Source: Bacillota bacterium (lineage in GTDB: Bacteria > Bacillota > SHA-98 > UBA4971). From it: a DNA stretch of 64,000 nucleotides. Location of the stretch: positions 166,160 to 230,159 of the forward strand of contig JANLFY010000001.1 of NCBI GenBank assembly GCA_024653485.1, given 5' to 3'. The position numbers were made by a program, and so were the translations under genes. Below the pieces are notes generated by a model that saw only the letters and a program-made list of their open reading frames with translations, was not told where the DNA came from and did not search any database. Positions 19,503 to 28,451 of this stretch are shown piece by piece; the stretch's first letter is position 1; every line of letters starts with the position of its first letter.

Positions 19503-20291
19503 CTAGTCTTCCTCCTCACCCAGGTAAGCCGCTATGACTCGGGGGTTCGACTGGATCTCCTGCGGAGTGCCTTCAGCGATTGAGACTCCGTAGTCGATCA
19601 CACGGATCCGCTCGCAGATCCCCATCACTAGGCGCATGTCGTGTTCTATGAGGAAGATCGTCAGACCGAACTCCTCCCTGATGCGGCAGATGAACCTCAT
19701 CAGCTGCGTGGTCTCTTCGGGGTTCATCCCCGCCGCGGGCTCGTCCAGGAGGAGAAGGCGAGGGTTTGTCGCCAGCGCCCGAGCGATCTCGAGACGACGC
19801 TGCTGACCGTACGGAAGGCCGCCGGCTTGCTCCCTGGCAAGGTCAGCCAGCCCGACTCTCTCAAGGAGTTCCATCCCGCGCATCCTGGTCTCTTGGTCTT
19901 CCTTGACGTAGCCCGGTAGTTGACACGCTGCGGAGAGGAAAGACGACCTCACCCGCAAGTGCTGTGACACCAGCACGTTGTCAAGCACCGTGAGGCCTGT
20001 GAAAAGTCGCACGTTCTGAAAGGTTCTTGCTATGCCTGCGGCAGCGATGAGGTCCGGACGCCACCCGGTGATGTCCCGTCCCTCGAATGCCACCCGGCCC
20101 TGGGTCGGCGTGTACTGGCCCGTGATTATGTTGAAGACAGTGGTCTTTCCAGCGCCGTTGGGGCCTATGAGCCCGACGAGCTCGCCCTTCCTTATGTCGA
20201 GCGAGAAGTCGTTCACGGCCACAAGCCCGCCGAACTTGATGGTCACGTGATCGAGAGTCAGGACGACTCCGTCTTGCGTTCGCGCTTCCAC
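19503..20291 (-). CDS. livG: Branched-chain amino acid ABC transporter ATPase
   Basis: GPNGAGKTT, ARTFQN, LPYGQQRRLEIARAL, EHDM. Confidence 0.94.
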   Translation of the reverse strand: MEARTQDGVVLTLDHVTIKFGGLVAVNDFSLDIRKGELVGLIGPNGAGKTTVFNIITGQYTPTQGRVAFEGRDITGWRPDLIAAAGIARTFQNVRLFTGLTVLDNVLVSQHLRVRSSFLSAACQLPGYVKEDQETRMRGMELLERVGLADLAREQAGGLPYGQQRRLEIARALATNPRLLLLDEPAAGMNPEETTQLMRFICRIREEFGLTIFLIEHDMRLVMGICERIRVIDYGVSIAEGTPQEIQSNPRVIAAYLGEEED

Positions 20292-21346
20292 TCTTGCACC
20301 CCCCTGGAGACTCTGAGCACGGACAGGACCCAATCCCACGACAGCTCGAACTGGCCGAAGAGCCCTCGTCGGTAGAAGATCATGAGAAGGATGAGCAGCA
20401 CGGAGAAGACCACCATTCTCATGCCTGGAACGCCCGGGATGTGGAGAGCTCCGATGTTTATTGGTGCCTCCACGACCCGCAGCACCTCGGACATGAGTGC
20501 AAACCCGAACCCCGTGAACACCGACCCGGTTATGCTACCGAGGCCGCCGAGCACGATGATTATGAGGAGGTTGAATGTCATGCCGAAGGTGAACAGTGTC
20601 GGGGAGACGGTCGTGATGAGCGATACCAGGAGCCCACCTGCCACTCCTCCGAAGAAGCCGCTTGTTACGAAGGAAAGCATCTTCGTGCGGAACACGTTCA
20701 CGCCCATGGCCTCCGCGGCTATTTCGTCATCTCGGATGGCTTTCATCGCCCGGCCGTAACTGGAGTTCGCGATGTTGCTCACCACGAGCGTCGCCACTAC
20801 CGCGGCCCCGAAACACCAGTATACGTTGGCATATTCGGGTATTCCCTTCATCCCGAGAGGGCCGTTGGTCAAGGGGATGAGGTTGTTGGCAAGCACGAAG
20901 ATTATCTCGCCGAAACCGAATGTTGCGATGGCGAGGTAGTCGCCGCGCAGCCGGAACGACGGAATCCCCACGAGAAGCGCCCCAAGAGCGCCGACGACGC
21001 CTCCGAGCACGACGGCGAGACCGAACATGTACGCCGGAAGAGAGAACGAGTTGAATGGCCACATGAGCGGCTCGAGGAACCACACGAACTGCTTCTGCTG
21101 AAGCGGCAGGATGAGGAGCGCCGTGGTATAGCCGCCGAGTGCCATGAAGCCGTTGGGGCCCAATGAGAACTGGCCTGTGATGCCGTTCACGAGGTTGTAC
21201 GCGACCGCTGCGACCACGTAGATCGCGCCCGTGCGTGCCACTCGCAACGGGAACTCTCCGAGATGCGTGTCGGCCCACCAGAGGGCGAGAAAGATCACTG
21301 CAATGAGCGCAAGCGTCAAGATGAGGTGCAGACGTCTTCTCTCCAT
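20258..21346 (-). CDS. livM: Branched-chain amino acid ABC transporter permease
   Basis: GQFSLG, RLRGDYLAIAT, AIRDDEIAAEAMG. Confidence 0.93.
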   Translation of the reverse strand: MERRRLHLILTLALIAVIFLALWWADTHLGEFPLRVARTGAIYVVAAVAYNLVNGITGQFSLGPNGFMALGGYTTALLILPLQQKQFVWFLEPLMWPFNSFSLPAYMFGLAVVLGGVVGALGALLVGIPSFRLRGDYLAIATFGFGEIIFVLANNLIPLTNGPLGMKGIPEYANVYWCFGAAVVATLVVSNIANSSYGRAMKAIRDDEIAAEAMGVNVFRTKMLSFVTSGFFGGVAGGLLVSLITTVSPTLFTFGMTFNLLIIIVLGGLGSITGSVFTGFGFALMSEVLRVVEAPINIGALHIPGVPGMRMVVFSVLLILLMIFYRRGLFGQFELSWDWVLSVLRVSRGVQEWKRERKTESS

Positions 21347-21347
21347 G

Positions 21348-22241
21348 TCACACCTTCTCCTTTAGGGGCTCACCAAGGATCCCGGTTGGCCGGAGGAGCA
21401 GGAATATCAGAAGTAGCGTAAAGATGATGCCGTCGCGGTACCCCGAGAGGCTGGGCAAGACCGCCACAGTCATGATCTCGACGAGCCCGATGAGGAAGCC
21501 CCCGAGCATCGCCCCTGTGATATTACCGATGCCTCCTACCACCGCGGCGGTGAACGCCTTCCATCCGGGGTATATGCCCATGAGCGGGTTGATCTGGGGG
21601 TACTTGTAAGCCCACATTATGCCTCCCGCAGCCGCCAGGGCAGAGCCGATGGCGAAAGTGTAGGATATCACTCTGTCTACGTCCACCCCCATCAAGCGGG
21701 TGGTTTCGATGTCAGTTGACACGGACCTCATCGCCATGCCGACCTTCGTGCGGTATACGATGAACAACAGCAGTGCAAGCAGAGCGAGGCTGAGGATGGG
21801 CACCCAGATGGACACGCCTGACACGGCCGCCGGTCCGATCGGTATCACCCTCGCCATGACGTCGGGCCTCTGAAACGCTTTCGGCCGGGCGCCCACGGTC
21901 ACCAAGCCCAAGTTCTCCAGGAAGAACGACACGCCCACCGCGGTTATGAGGGCGGATATGCGCGGAGCGTTCCTTACGGGCCGGTAGGCTGCCCTGTCCA
22001 CGATCATGCCGACGAGGGCAGTCAAAACGACCGCAAGAATGGCGGATGCCCCCCACGGCAGACGAAACACGGCCACGAGGAAGAACGCAAAGTATGCGCC
22101 TACCATGAATATGTCGCTGTGGGCGAAGTTGATGAGCCGCAGGATGCCATAGACCATCGTGTAGCCGATGGCGATGAGGGCATACAAGCTTCCAAGGGAG
22201 ATGCCGTTCATCAGCTGCTGAATGAAGGTCTCGAGCGTCAT
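21348..22241 (-). CDS. livH: Branched-chain amino acid ABC transporter permease
   Basis: NGISLGSLYALIAIGYTMVYG, INFAH, VVGGIGN. Confidence 0.94.
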   Translation of the reverse strand: MTLETFIQQLMNGISLGSLYALIAIGYTMVYGILRLINFAHSDIFMVGAYFAFFLVAVFRLPWGASAILAVVLTALVGMIVDRAAYRPVRNAPRISALITAVGVSFFLENLGLVTVGARPKAFQRPDVMARVIPIGPAAVSGVSIWVPILSLALLALLLFIVYRTKVGMAMRSVSTDIETTRLMGVDVDRVISYTFAIGSALAAAGGIMWAYKYPQINPLMGIYPGWKAFTAAVVGGIGNITGAMLGGFLIGLVEIMTVAVLPSLSGYRDGIIFTLLLIFLLLRPTGILGEPLKEKV

Positions 22242-22665
22242 TCACATCTACTCCTTGAAAAGACGGCGTTCCAACCGTCGGGAATCTCGCCTCGTCGGAA
22301 GGTTCCGTCTTGGTGCGCGCGTCACGCGCGCCCTCCTGCGCTGGTGGCCAGCGCGACAGATGTGGCTCTCGGGTCTGTCGCCTGCCCTTGCCTCCGGACA
22401 CGGACCGGTCGTCCGTGTCCGTTGCCGCCGGCCGGGAAGGTCCGCAAGACACTCAACGGGGGCAAAGAGGAAGCCTGCCGTCTTGGTAGGGATGGCCCTC
22501 CTTGCCCCCTGTAGTGTACCGGGACTTCTTCCGCTTGTCACGGCGTCACGAGATGCACCCGACCTGCCTTCTCATCATCGTAGGCTGCGACGCCGAGCCA
22601 ACCGGGCCTGCCTGATGTCCCTTCTCAGGCAGGACAGGGGCACGCCCGAGCCAATGCGCGACTCA

Positions 22666-23793
22666 TTACGGATAAACTATCGACTGGTACTCCCACTTGC
22701 CGTTCTTCACGGCGTTGAACACCACGGGCTTGATGGCGTCGCCGTTCTCTATCGTGACGGGCCCAGTCACGACCTGGAGGTTCTTCGTGTCCTCTATGGC
22801 CACCGCGACCTTCTTGGGATCGGCGGAGCCAGCCCTCTTGATGGCGTCGAGGACTATGAGATAGCAGTCGGCCGCGAGAGCGCCGAACACGTTGACCTCG
22901 CTGTCGGCTCCGAATTTCTTCTTATACGCCTCGACGTACTTCTTGCCGATGTCTGTCGCCGCTGCCTTCTCATGCCAGAACGTGGTATGCTGGACTCCCT
23001 CCACGGCCTTACCGCCGATGGACAGGAACTCCTCGGTGGCTATGCCGTCAGCTCCGAAGACAGGTTGAGTGAGGCCGAGATCCCTGGCTTGCCGTACGGC
23101 AAGCGCGGTCTCTTGGTAGTAGTTGGGTATATAGATGACATCCGGCTTCTTGTTCTTGATCTCCGTCAGCTGGGCGCTGAAGTCTTGGTCACCGTACTTA
23201 CACTTCTGGTGGGTGACCACTTTGCCGCCAAGCTTGGTGAACTCCTTTTCGAACATGGTTCCAAGGGCTATGCAATAGTCGTTGGCTATGTCGGACAGGA
23301 TCGCAGCAGTCTTGGCCTTCAAGTCCCTGTAACAATAGGTTGCTGCGATGGACGCCTGGAACGGGTCGATGAAGCACGCGCGGAACACGTACTTCTTACC
23401 TTGAGTACACAGAGGGTTCGTCGTAGTCGGCCCTATGATGGGGACCTCTTTCTTCTCGCAAATCTCACCGGCGGCGAGCATGTTACCGCTGATGGTGGGC
23501 CCGATTATGGCGACGACTTTGTCGTTCTCGATGAGACGAGAGGCCACGTTTGCTGCCTCAACCTTGTCGGACTTGTTGTCGAGGAGCTTGAATACGACCG
23601 GTCTGCCAAGGACCTCGGGCTTTACGATATCGTCAATGAGATTGACACCTTCCCACGCTGCCTGGCCGTATGCGGCCACCTGGCCGGTCATCTCGAGGTT
23701 GAACCCTATGACGATCGGCTCGGCCGAATAGGCCACTGCTCCCAACGAAACTAGAGCGACAACCAAGACCAGACTCAGTATGTACCTCCTCAC
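22666..23793 (-). CDS. Leu/Ile/Val-type ABC substrate-binding protein
   Basis: Signal peptide, EMTGQVAAYG, FRACFIDPFQ, DFSAQLT. Confidence 0.92.
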   Translation of the reverse strand: MRRYILSLVLVVALVSLGAVAYSAEPIVIGFNLEMTGQVAAYGQAAWEGVNLIDDIVKPEVLGRPVVFKLLDNKSDKVEAANVASRLIENDKVVAIIGPTISGNMLAAGEICEKKEVPIIGPTTTNPLCTQGKKYVFRACFIDPFQASIAATYCYRDLKAKTAAILSDIANDYCIALGTMFEKEFTKLGGKVVTHQKCKYGDQDFSAQLTEIKNKKPDVIYIPNYYQETALAVRQARDLGLTQPVFGADGIATEEFLSIGGKAVEGVQHTTFWHEKAAATDIGKKYVEAYKKKFGADSEVNVFGALAADCYLIVLDAIKRAGSADPKKVAVAIEDTKNLQVVTGPVTIENGDAIKPVVFNAVKNGKWEYQSIVYP

Positions 23794-24108
23794 TGCTCAA
23801 TACCTCCTCGCTTTGTGCACTTCGTGCTTTCCTCCACCCTCTCTACCACGGAATCTCCGAACCGTCCCATGTCGTCCAAGTCTATCTGAGGGTCACCAGT
23901 CACCTCCCCCGCGGCAAGAGAGAGTCACTCTCTCTTCCACTGTCTCAAATGTCCTAAACCCGTTCCGGACCAGTCCTGACGGCTGTCCCGCGACAAGGAG
24001 CGAACTCCCGACGTGCAAGCCGACCGGTCAAGACCATCCTCGGGGAACCTGTGCCAACCCGCCTGGATGATGGGTCTTTCGGCGGGGCTGGCATCACTTG
24101 TTTCAGCC

Positions 24109-24137
24109 ACTATATCATGGCAAGCGTGCACAGTCAA
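24109..24137 (-). promoter_or_regulatory. sigmaA-like promoter of liv operon
   Basis: TTGACT-17nt-TATAGT on minus strand. Confidence 0.65.
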
Positions 24138-24246
24138 GCCGTACGCTCACCGGCTCACCGACGAGAGCATCGCTTCGCTTTGTCCCAGACTCGTCGCGCC
24201 CTTAGGGCCCGACGTAAGTGCGAGCGCAGGCAAGAGCAGAAGCCTT

Positions 24247-24405
24247 TCACTGAAATGGGAGCACGAGCCTCACGCGATTCGCGCCCAGTGCGTCATAGAC
24301 AAGCCGCGTAGACAGTCTGTCATAGTCGGGTATTCTCCGTCGGAGAGCTAATCTCCTCTTTAAGGCGCGCACCTGCTTCAGTATTTTTCTTACAGGAGCC
24401 CTCAT
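24247..24405 (-). CDS. Small basic protein, 52 aa (MRAPVRKILKQVRALKRRLALRRRIPDYDRLSTRLVYDALGANRVRLVLPFQ)
   Basis: Hand-translated, below ORF-track cutoff; purine-rich SD-like ggggtgg before ATG. Confidence 0.45.
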   Translation of the reverse strand: MRAPVRKILKQVRALKRRLALRRRIPDYDRLSTRLVYDALGANRVRLVLPFQ

Positions 24406-24632
24406 CCACCCCAATTCTCCGTCGCTCAGGCACGCGCGGCCATCTCAGCGGACGAGGGAGGAGGAGGAGAGAGGAGGAGAAGGACCACTCGCGCCGAAGA
24501 CAGGAAGGGAGGTCTGACGTGACCTTCTTCCGGTGTCCGACGGTGTCTGGCGTTTCGGTGCCCGCCGACGGCACGCCCGCCGGATGCGCGGGCGCCAAGA
24601 TGTGAACTCAATGAGCGGGAGGCTGTCATCTC

Positions 24633-24899
24633 GTGACGCGACGCCCAAAATGTGTTGAGATCCAAGTCACAGTGGACAGAATCGAAGCGGACAACGCCGT
24701 TCTCCTCGTAAGCGGCCAGGAGGCCGAGGCTATACTCTGGCCCGTGCGGGCCTTGCCGGAGGGCGTCCGCGAGGGGATGGTCCTCAGGATCTCCATCACG
24801 CCTGACGAGCAAGCCACTCAAGCTGCCAGGGCGCGCATGGAGGACCTATTGAAGAAGCTGGTAGCGAAGGACCCGGAAGGCCGATCCGGCGTCCGGTGA
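24633..24899 (+). CDS. DUF3006-like protein
   Basis: VDRIEADNAVL...LPEGVREGMVL...ARMEDLLKKL; SD gggagg. Confidence 0.8.
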   Translation: MTRRPKCVEIQVTVDRIEADNAVLLVSGQEAEAILWPVRALPEGVREGMVLRISITPDEQATQAARARMEDLLKKLVAKDPEGRSGVR

Positions 24900-24918
24900 A
24901 CGTCGGAGCGTCGTGCTA

Positions 24919-25038
24919 TCAGCCTTCGCGCCACATTCTCAGCATCAGCCTGATCATGGCGTAGAAGACAAGTATGACGCCGAAAATGGTTGCCATACCG
25001 ATGCCCAGAACACGCCAGCTCTGAACCACTGCGCTCAT
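24919..25038 (-). CDS. OadG-like small membrane subunit of Na+-pumping decarboxylase, 39 aa
   Basis: MSAVVQSWRVLGIGMATIFGVILVFYAMIRLM single TM; downstream of beta subunit. Confidence 0.7.
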   Translation of the reverse strand: MSAVVQSWRVLGIGMATIFGVILVFYAMIRLMLRMWREG

Positions 25039-25495
25039 CCTCTGAAGTCGCGGCCGACGATGCCTCCTATCCACGTCTCTTCTCTTCCTCTCACTCAAGC
25101 GACCGACCTCTGGCTCGCGCCCCGTACGGGACTTTCGTCTCCCATCGAACGGAGCAGACCGCCCCGCGAGGCGGTTGCAAGGGACGCACGCCGCCCGCCA
25201 GGCAGGGCGACCGCCTTGCCTCTGCTTGCCGCTTGAGCCCGTGGGCATTCGCGTCGTCTGCCGACTTCTTTCCCTCCCCTCGTTGTCAGGTGCGCGAGTC
25301 CCCTCGGCGCAGCCTTCGTCGCAGCTCGCGCTATGCAATTCGCGCGGCGCCCCGTTGCTGCCGCTTGTTGGTCGTTCGGGTGCGCCCGCCGTTCCGTGGC
25401 CCGTGCTCGGTTCCCTGCCTCGAGACCTTTCTCGCGTCGCCTCTCACGCGCGACGCGGGAATCACGCCCTGGGCGCGCAGCGCATCGCGGACGCC

Positions 25496-26602
25496 CTAAG
25501 ACACGAGGGCGAGTATCAGACTTCCAGCCACTATGGACGCTATCTGGCCGGCAACGTTCGCCCCCACGGCGTGCATCACTATGTAGTTGGTCGGGTCTTC
25601 TTTGAGGGCCATCTTCGCGATGACCCGTGCGGACATCGGGAACGCCGATATCCCGCACGCTCCTATCATCGGGTTTATCTTGCGGCGCAGCACCAGGTTA
25701 AGAGCCTTCGCGAACAGCACACCTCCTCCTGTATCGAACACGAAGGCGAGCAGGCCCATGCCCATGATGAGGAGAGTCCTGAAGTTCAGGAAGGAATCCG
25801 CCCGCATCGACGAGCCAATGGTGATGCCGAGGAGGAGCGTGACCAAGTTGGCGAGCTCGTTCTGCGCGGCCTTGGACAGCCTCTCCAACACACCGCTTTC
25901 CCTTATCAGATTGCCGAACATGAGCATGCCGACAAGGGCGACGCTGATCGGAGCGATCACCCCTGCTACGAGGGTCACGCCTATGGGGAACAGGATGCGC
26001 ACGATCCGAGGCACCGCGACTTCCCGCGAATCCATGCGGATACGCCTCTCGGCCCTCGTCGTGAGGGCTGTCACCACGGGGGGCTGTATGATCGGTACCA
26101 GCGCCATGTATGAATATGCGGCGACTGATATCGGCGCGAGGAGGTGGCTCGCGAACTTGGTGGCTACGTAGATCGAGGTCGGACCATCTGCCGCCCCTAT
26201 GATCCCTATGGACGCCGCCTCCTTCAGGTTGAAGCCGAAGTACGATGCTACCACCATGGTAGCGAACACTCCCAGCTGCGCCGCGGCTCCGAAAAGGAGC
26301 GTTTCCGGCCTCTGCAGGAGTGGCGTGAAGTCCACCATCGCCCCAACGGCCACGAAGATCAGTATGGGGAAGAGCTCGGTCTTGATCCCCGCGTTGTAAA
26401 GCAGTTCTAACACGCCGTGTTCGCCAAGGACAGACGTAAATGGTATGTTCGCGAGGATGGCGCCGAATCCAATGGGGAGGAGCAGCATCGGCTCGTAGTC
26501 GCGCTTCACCGCAAGGTATATGAGAAATCCGCCGACGGCAAACATTACCATGTTGCCGAAGCTCAACCCCCGCACACCCGCCAAGAGTTCGTTCAGGTTC
26601 AC
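25496..26602 (-). CDS. Na+-translocating decarboxylase beta subunit (OadB/MmdB/GcdB family)
   Basis: YEPMLLLPIGFG, IGIIGAADGPTSI, AAYSYMALVP, GANVAGQI; only 3' part of the 794-aa track ORF is real. Confidence 0.94.
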   Translation of the reverse strand: MNLNELLAGVRGLSFGNMVMFAVGGFLIYLAVKRDYEPMLLLPIGFGAILANIPFTSVLGEHGVLELLYNAGIKTELFPILIFVAVGAMVDFTPLLQRPETLLFGAAAQLGVFATMVVASYFGFNLKEAASIGIIGAADGPTSIYVATKFASHLLAPISVAAYSYMALVPIIQPPVVTALTTRAERRIRMDSREVAVPRIVRILFPIGVTLVAGVIAPISVALVGMLMFGNLIRESGVLERLSKAAQNELANLVTLLLGITIGSSMRADSFLNFRTLLIMGMGLLAFVFDTGGGVLFAKALNLVLRRKINPMIGACGISAFPMSARVIAKMALKEDPTNYIVMHAVGANVAGQIASIVAGSLILALVS

Positions 26603-26827
26603 CAACTCCCTTCGGAAGAGCGCTCCGTCCACCGCCAGGCGAGACATTCGATGTCGCGCGCCGTTTTCCTCCTCCGCGCCTTTGATCCAGAAGCTGCCTG
26701 GCAAGCAGGACGGGATTAGTTCGAGATGGTTTGGAAGGAACACCGGGGAGCATGTAGAATCAAACATGTGAGAGGTTCGGTCAAGCGGGACCGGGAAATC
26801 TCCGAGGGTGAGGAGGCAGAAGAGAGA

Positions 26828-27787
26828 ATGAGAAGAGGCGTATTGGCGGCGGTCACCATGTGTCTCGTGCTTGCCATCGGGTCCACATCGTTTGCTGCCG
26901 TGACGCAGCTCGTCATGGCCACCGGGGGGACAGCGGGCACGTATTACCCTTTGGGCGGGGCGATGGCCCAACTCATCGGCGAGAAAGTGAAGAACGTCAG
27001 CATAACCGTCCAAAGCACGGGCGCTTCTATCGCGAACCTCAGGATGATTCATTCGAAGGAAGTCGATCTTGCGCTGGTTCAGACTGACACAGCGGACTAC
27101 GCATGGAACGGAACGGAGTTCTTCCAGAAAGACGGGAAGATGAGAAGCTTCGGCGTGGTGGCGTCGCTTTATCCGGAGCTCATCCAGATCGTGGCGTCGG
27201 CCGACTCCGGCATAAACTCCGTAGCCGATCTGAAGGGCAAGAGAGTGTCGGTGGGCGCGCCGGGCAGCGGCACGGAGGCGAACGCAAGACAGATTCTCGA
27301 GGCGTACGGACTGAGCTATAAGGACCTGGCTCAGGTGCAGTATCTTAGCTTCGCGGAGTCCGCGGAGGCGTTCAAGGACAAACACATCGATGCGTTCTTC
27401 GTGACCGCGGGCATTCCGAACGCCGGGATCCAGGACGTGGCGACTCAGCATAAGATCAAGATCGTTGAGGTCCCGGACGAGATGTACAAGAAACTGCACG
27501 ACAAGTATGGTTTCTACGGCCAAGCCGTGATTCCGGCCGGCACCTACATCAACCAGACGAAGGACGCGAAGACAGTTGCCGTGCAAGCCATGCTCATAGC
27601 CCGGTCGGATCTCGACGCAGGTCTCGTTTACGAGATGACCCGAGCGCTTTTCGAGAACCTGCCGGAGCTTGCGAAAGCACATGCCAAGGGCAAGGAGATC
27701 AGCCTTGCCGGCGCTCTTGCGGGCGTGAGCACGCCGCTGCATCCCGGGACAGAGAAGTACTTCAAGGAGAAAGGCATTATCAAGTAG
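26828..27787 (+). CDS. TAXI family TRAP transporter solute-binding protein
   Basis: ATGGTAGTYY, STGASIAN, LKGKRVSVGAPGSGT, PLHPG. Confidence 0.94.
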   Translation: MRRGVLAAVTMCLVLAIGSTSFAAVTQLVMATGGTAGTYYPLGGAMAQLIGEKVKNVSITVQSTGASIANLRMIHSKEVDLALVQTDTADYAWNGTEFFQKDGKMRSFGVVASLYPELIQIVASADSGINSVADLKGKRVSVGAPGSGTEANARQILEAYGLSYKDLAQVQYLSFAESAEAFKDKHIDAFFVTAGIPNAGIQDVATQHKIKIVEVPDEMYKKLHDKYGFYGQAVIPAGTYINQTKDAKTVAVQAMLIARSDLDAGLVYEMTRALFENLPELAKAHAKGKEISLAGALAGVSTPLHPGTEKYFKEKGIIK

Positions 27788-27815
27788 CAGAGACGAAGAC
27801 AGGTCAGGTGGACGA

Positions 27816-28451
27816 ATGGGCGCAAGTGTCCCGAACGCACCCGAAGCGCGTCTCGCCGGTCGCCAGGGCGGCGCCGTCATCGCCGTCCTGGCGCTCGGTG
27901 CTATCCTGGCTACGGCGGCGATGCTCGCCCCTTTCGTAGGCGCGCTGGAGGTGAGGGAGGAGCGGACCGGTCGTCTGGTTTACCTCGCGCGTGTGCCCGC
28001 AGGGGGCAGGTTCGAGGTGCGCTTCGTTCACTCGGTGGAGAGGACGCCCGTTTGCGAGGTCTTCGCAGTCGAGTCCGGCGGCGTCATCTACCTTGTTGAG
28101 ACGAGGTACAAGTCTTTCGGGGCTGGGCTCCCCACGATCGCAGACGAAGGCGCCCGGTTTGCCTTGGAAGATGGGGAGGTGCGCATCACCGGTATCCGCC
28201 GGCGCATCGGCGAGCTAGACCTGGCGGTAAGCCCGGTTCCCGGGCATTCGCTTGTGGTCTCCGGCAAGATGTTTGCCTTCGCGGACGTCGCCAGGCCCGG
28301 GACGGCCCTCAATATCAAGGCGGTTCGTGCGCCTATGGCCGCGTTTCTGTTCAGGGGGAGATGCTGGTGGATCAAAGAGCGGACGATGTCCAGAGAGACA
28401 TCATCTCAAGCCCAGGCGACGTTTCCAACAGGGTCGAAACGGAGTCCGTGA
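27816..28451 (+). CDS. DUF1850 protein (TAXI-associated)
   Basis: FVHSVERTP, SFGAGLP; position between TAXI SBP and permease. Confidence 0.82.
   Translation: MGASVPNAPEARLAGRQGGAVIAVLALGAILATAAMLAPFVGALEVREERTGRLVYLARVPAGGRFEVRFVHSVERTPVCEVFAVESGGVIYLVETRYKSFGAGLPTIADEGARFALEDGEVRITGIRRRIGELDLAVSPVPGHSLVVSGKMFAFADVARPGTALNIKAVRAPMAAFLFRGRCWWIKERTMSRETSSQAQATFPTGSKRSP

Noticed and set aside
22242..22665. 425-bp spacer between Liv binding protein and livH as sRNA or gene
   Set aside because: Only GC-rich imperfect hairpins, consistent with mRNA stabilisation; no credible ORF
22222..23754. 510-aa plus-strand ORF
   Set aside because: Antisense shadow of the Liv binding protein
23794..24108. 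T-box or riboswitch in the ~310-nt liv leader
   Set aside because: Hairpins are present but no T-box (AAGGTGGxACC) or aptamer consensus was found
26603..27880. Apparent 794-aa fusion upstream of the decarboxylase beta subunit
   Set aside because: The extension is the antisense of the TAXI SBP gene; the real start is near 26602 with its own SD
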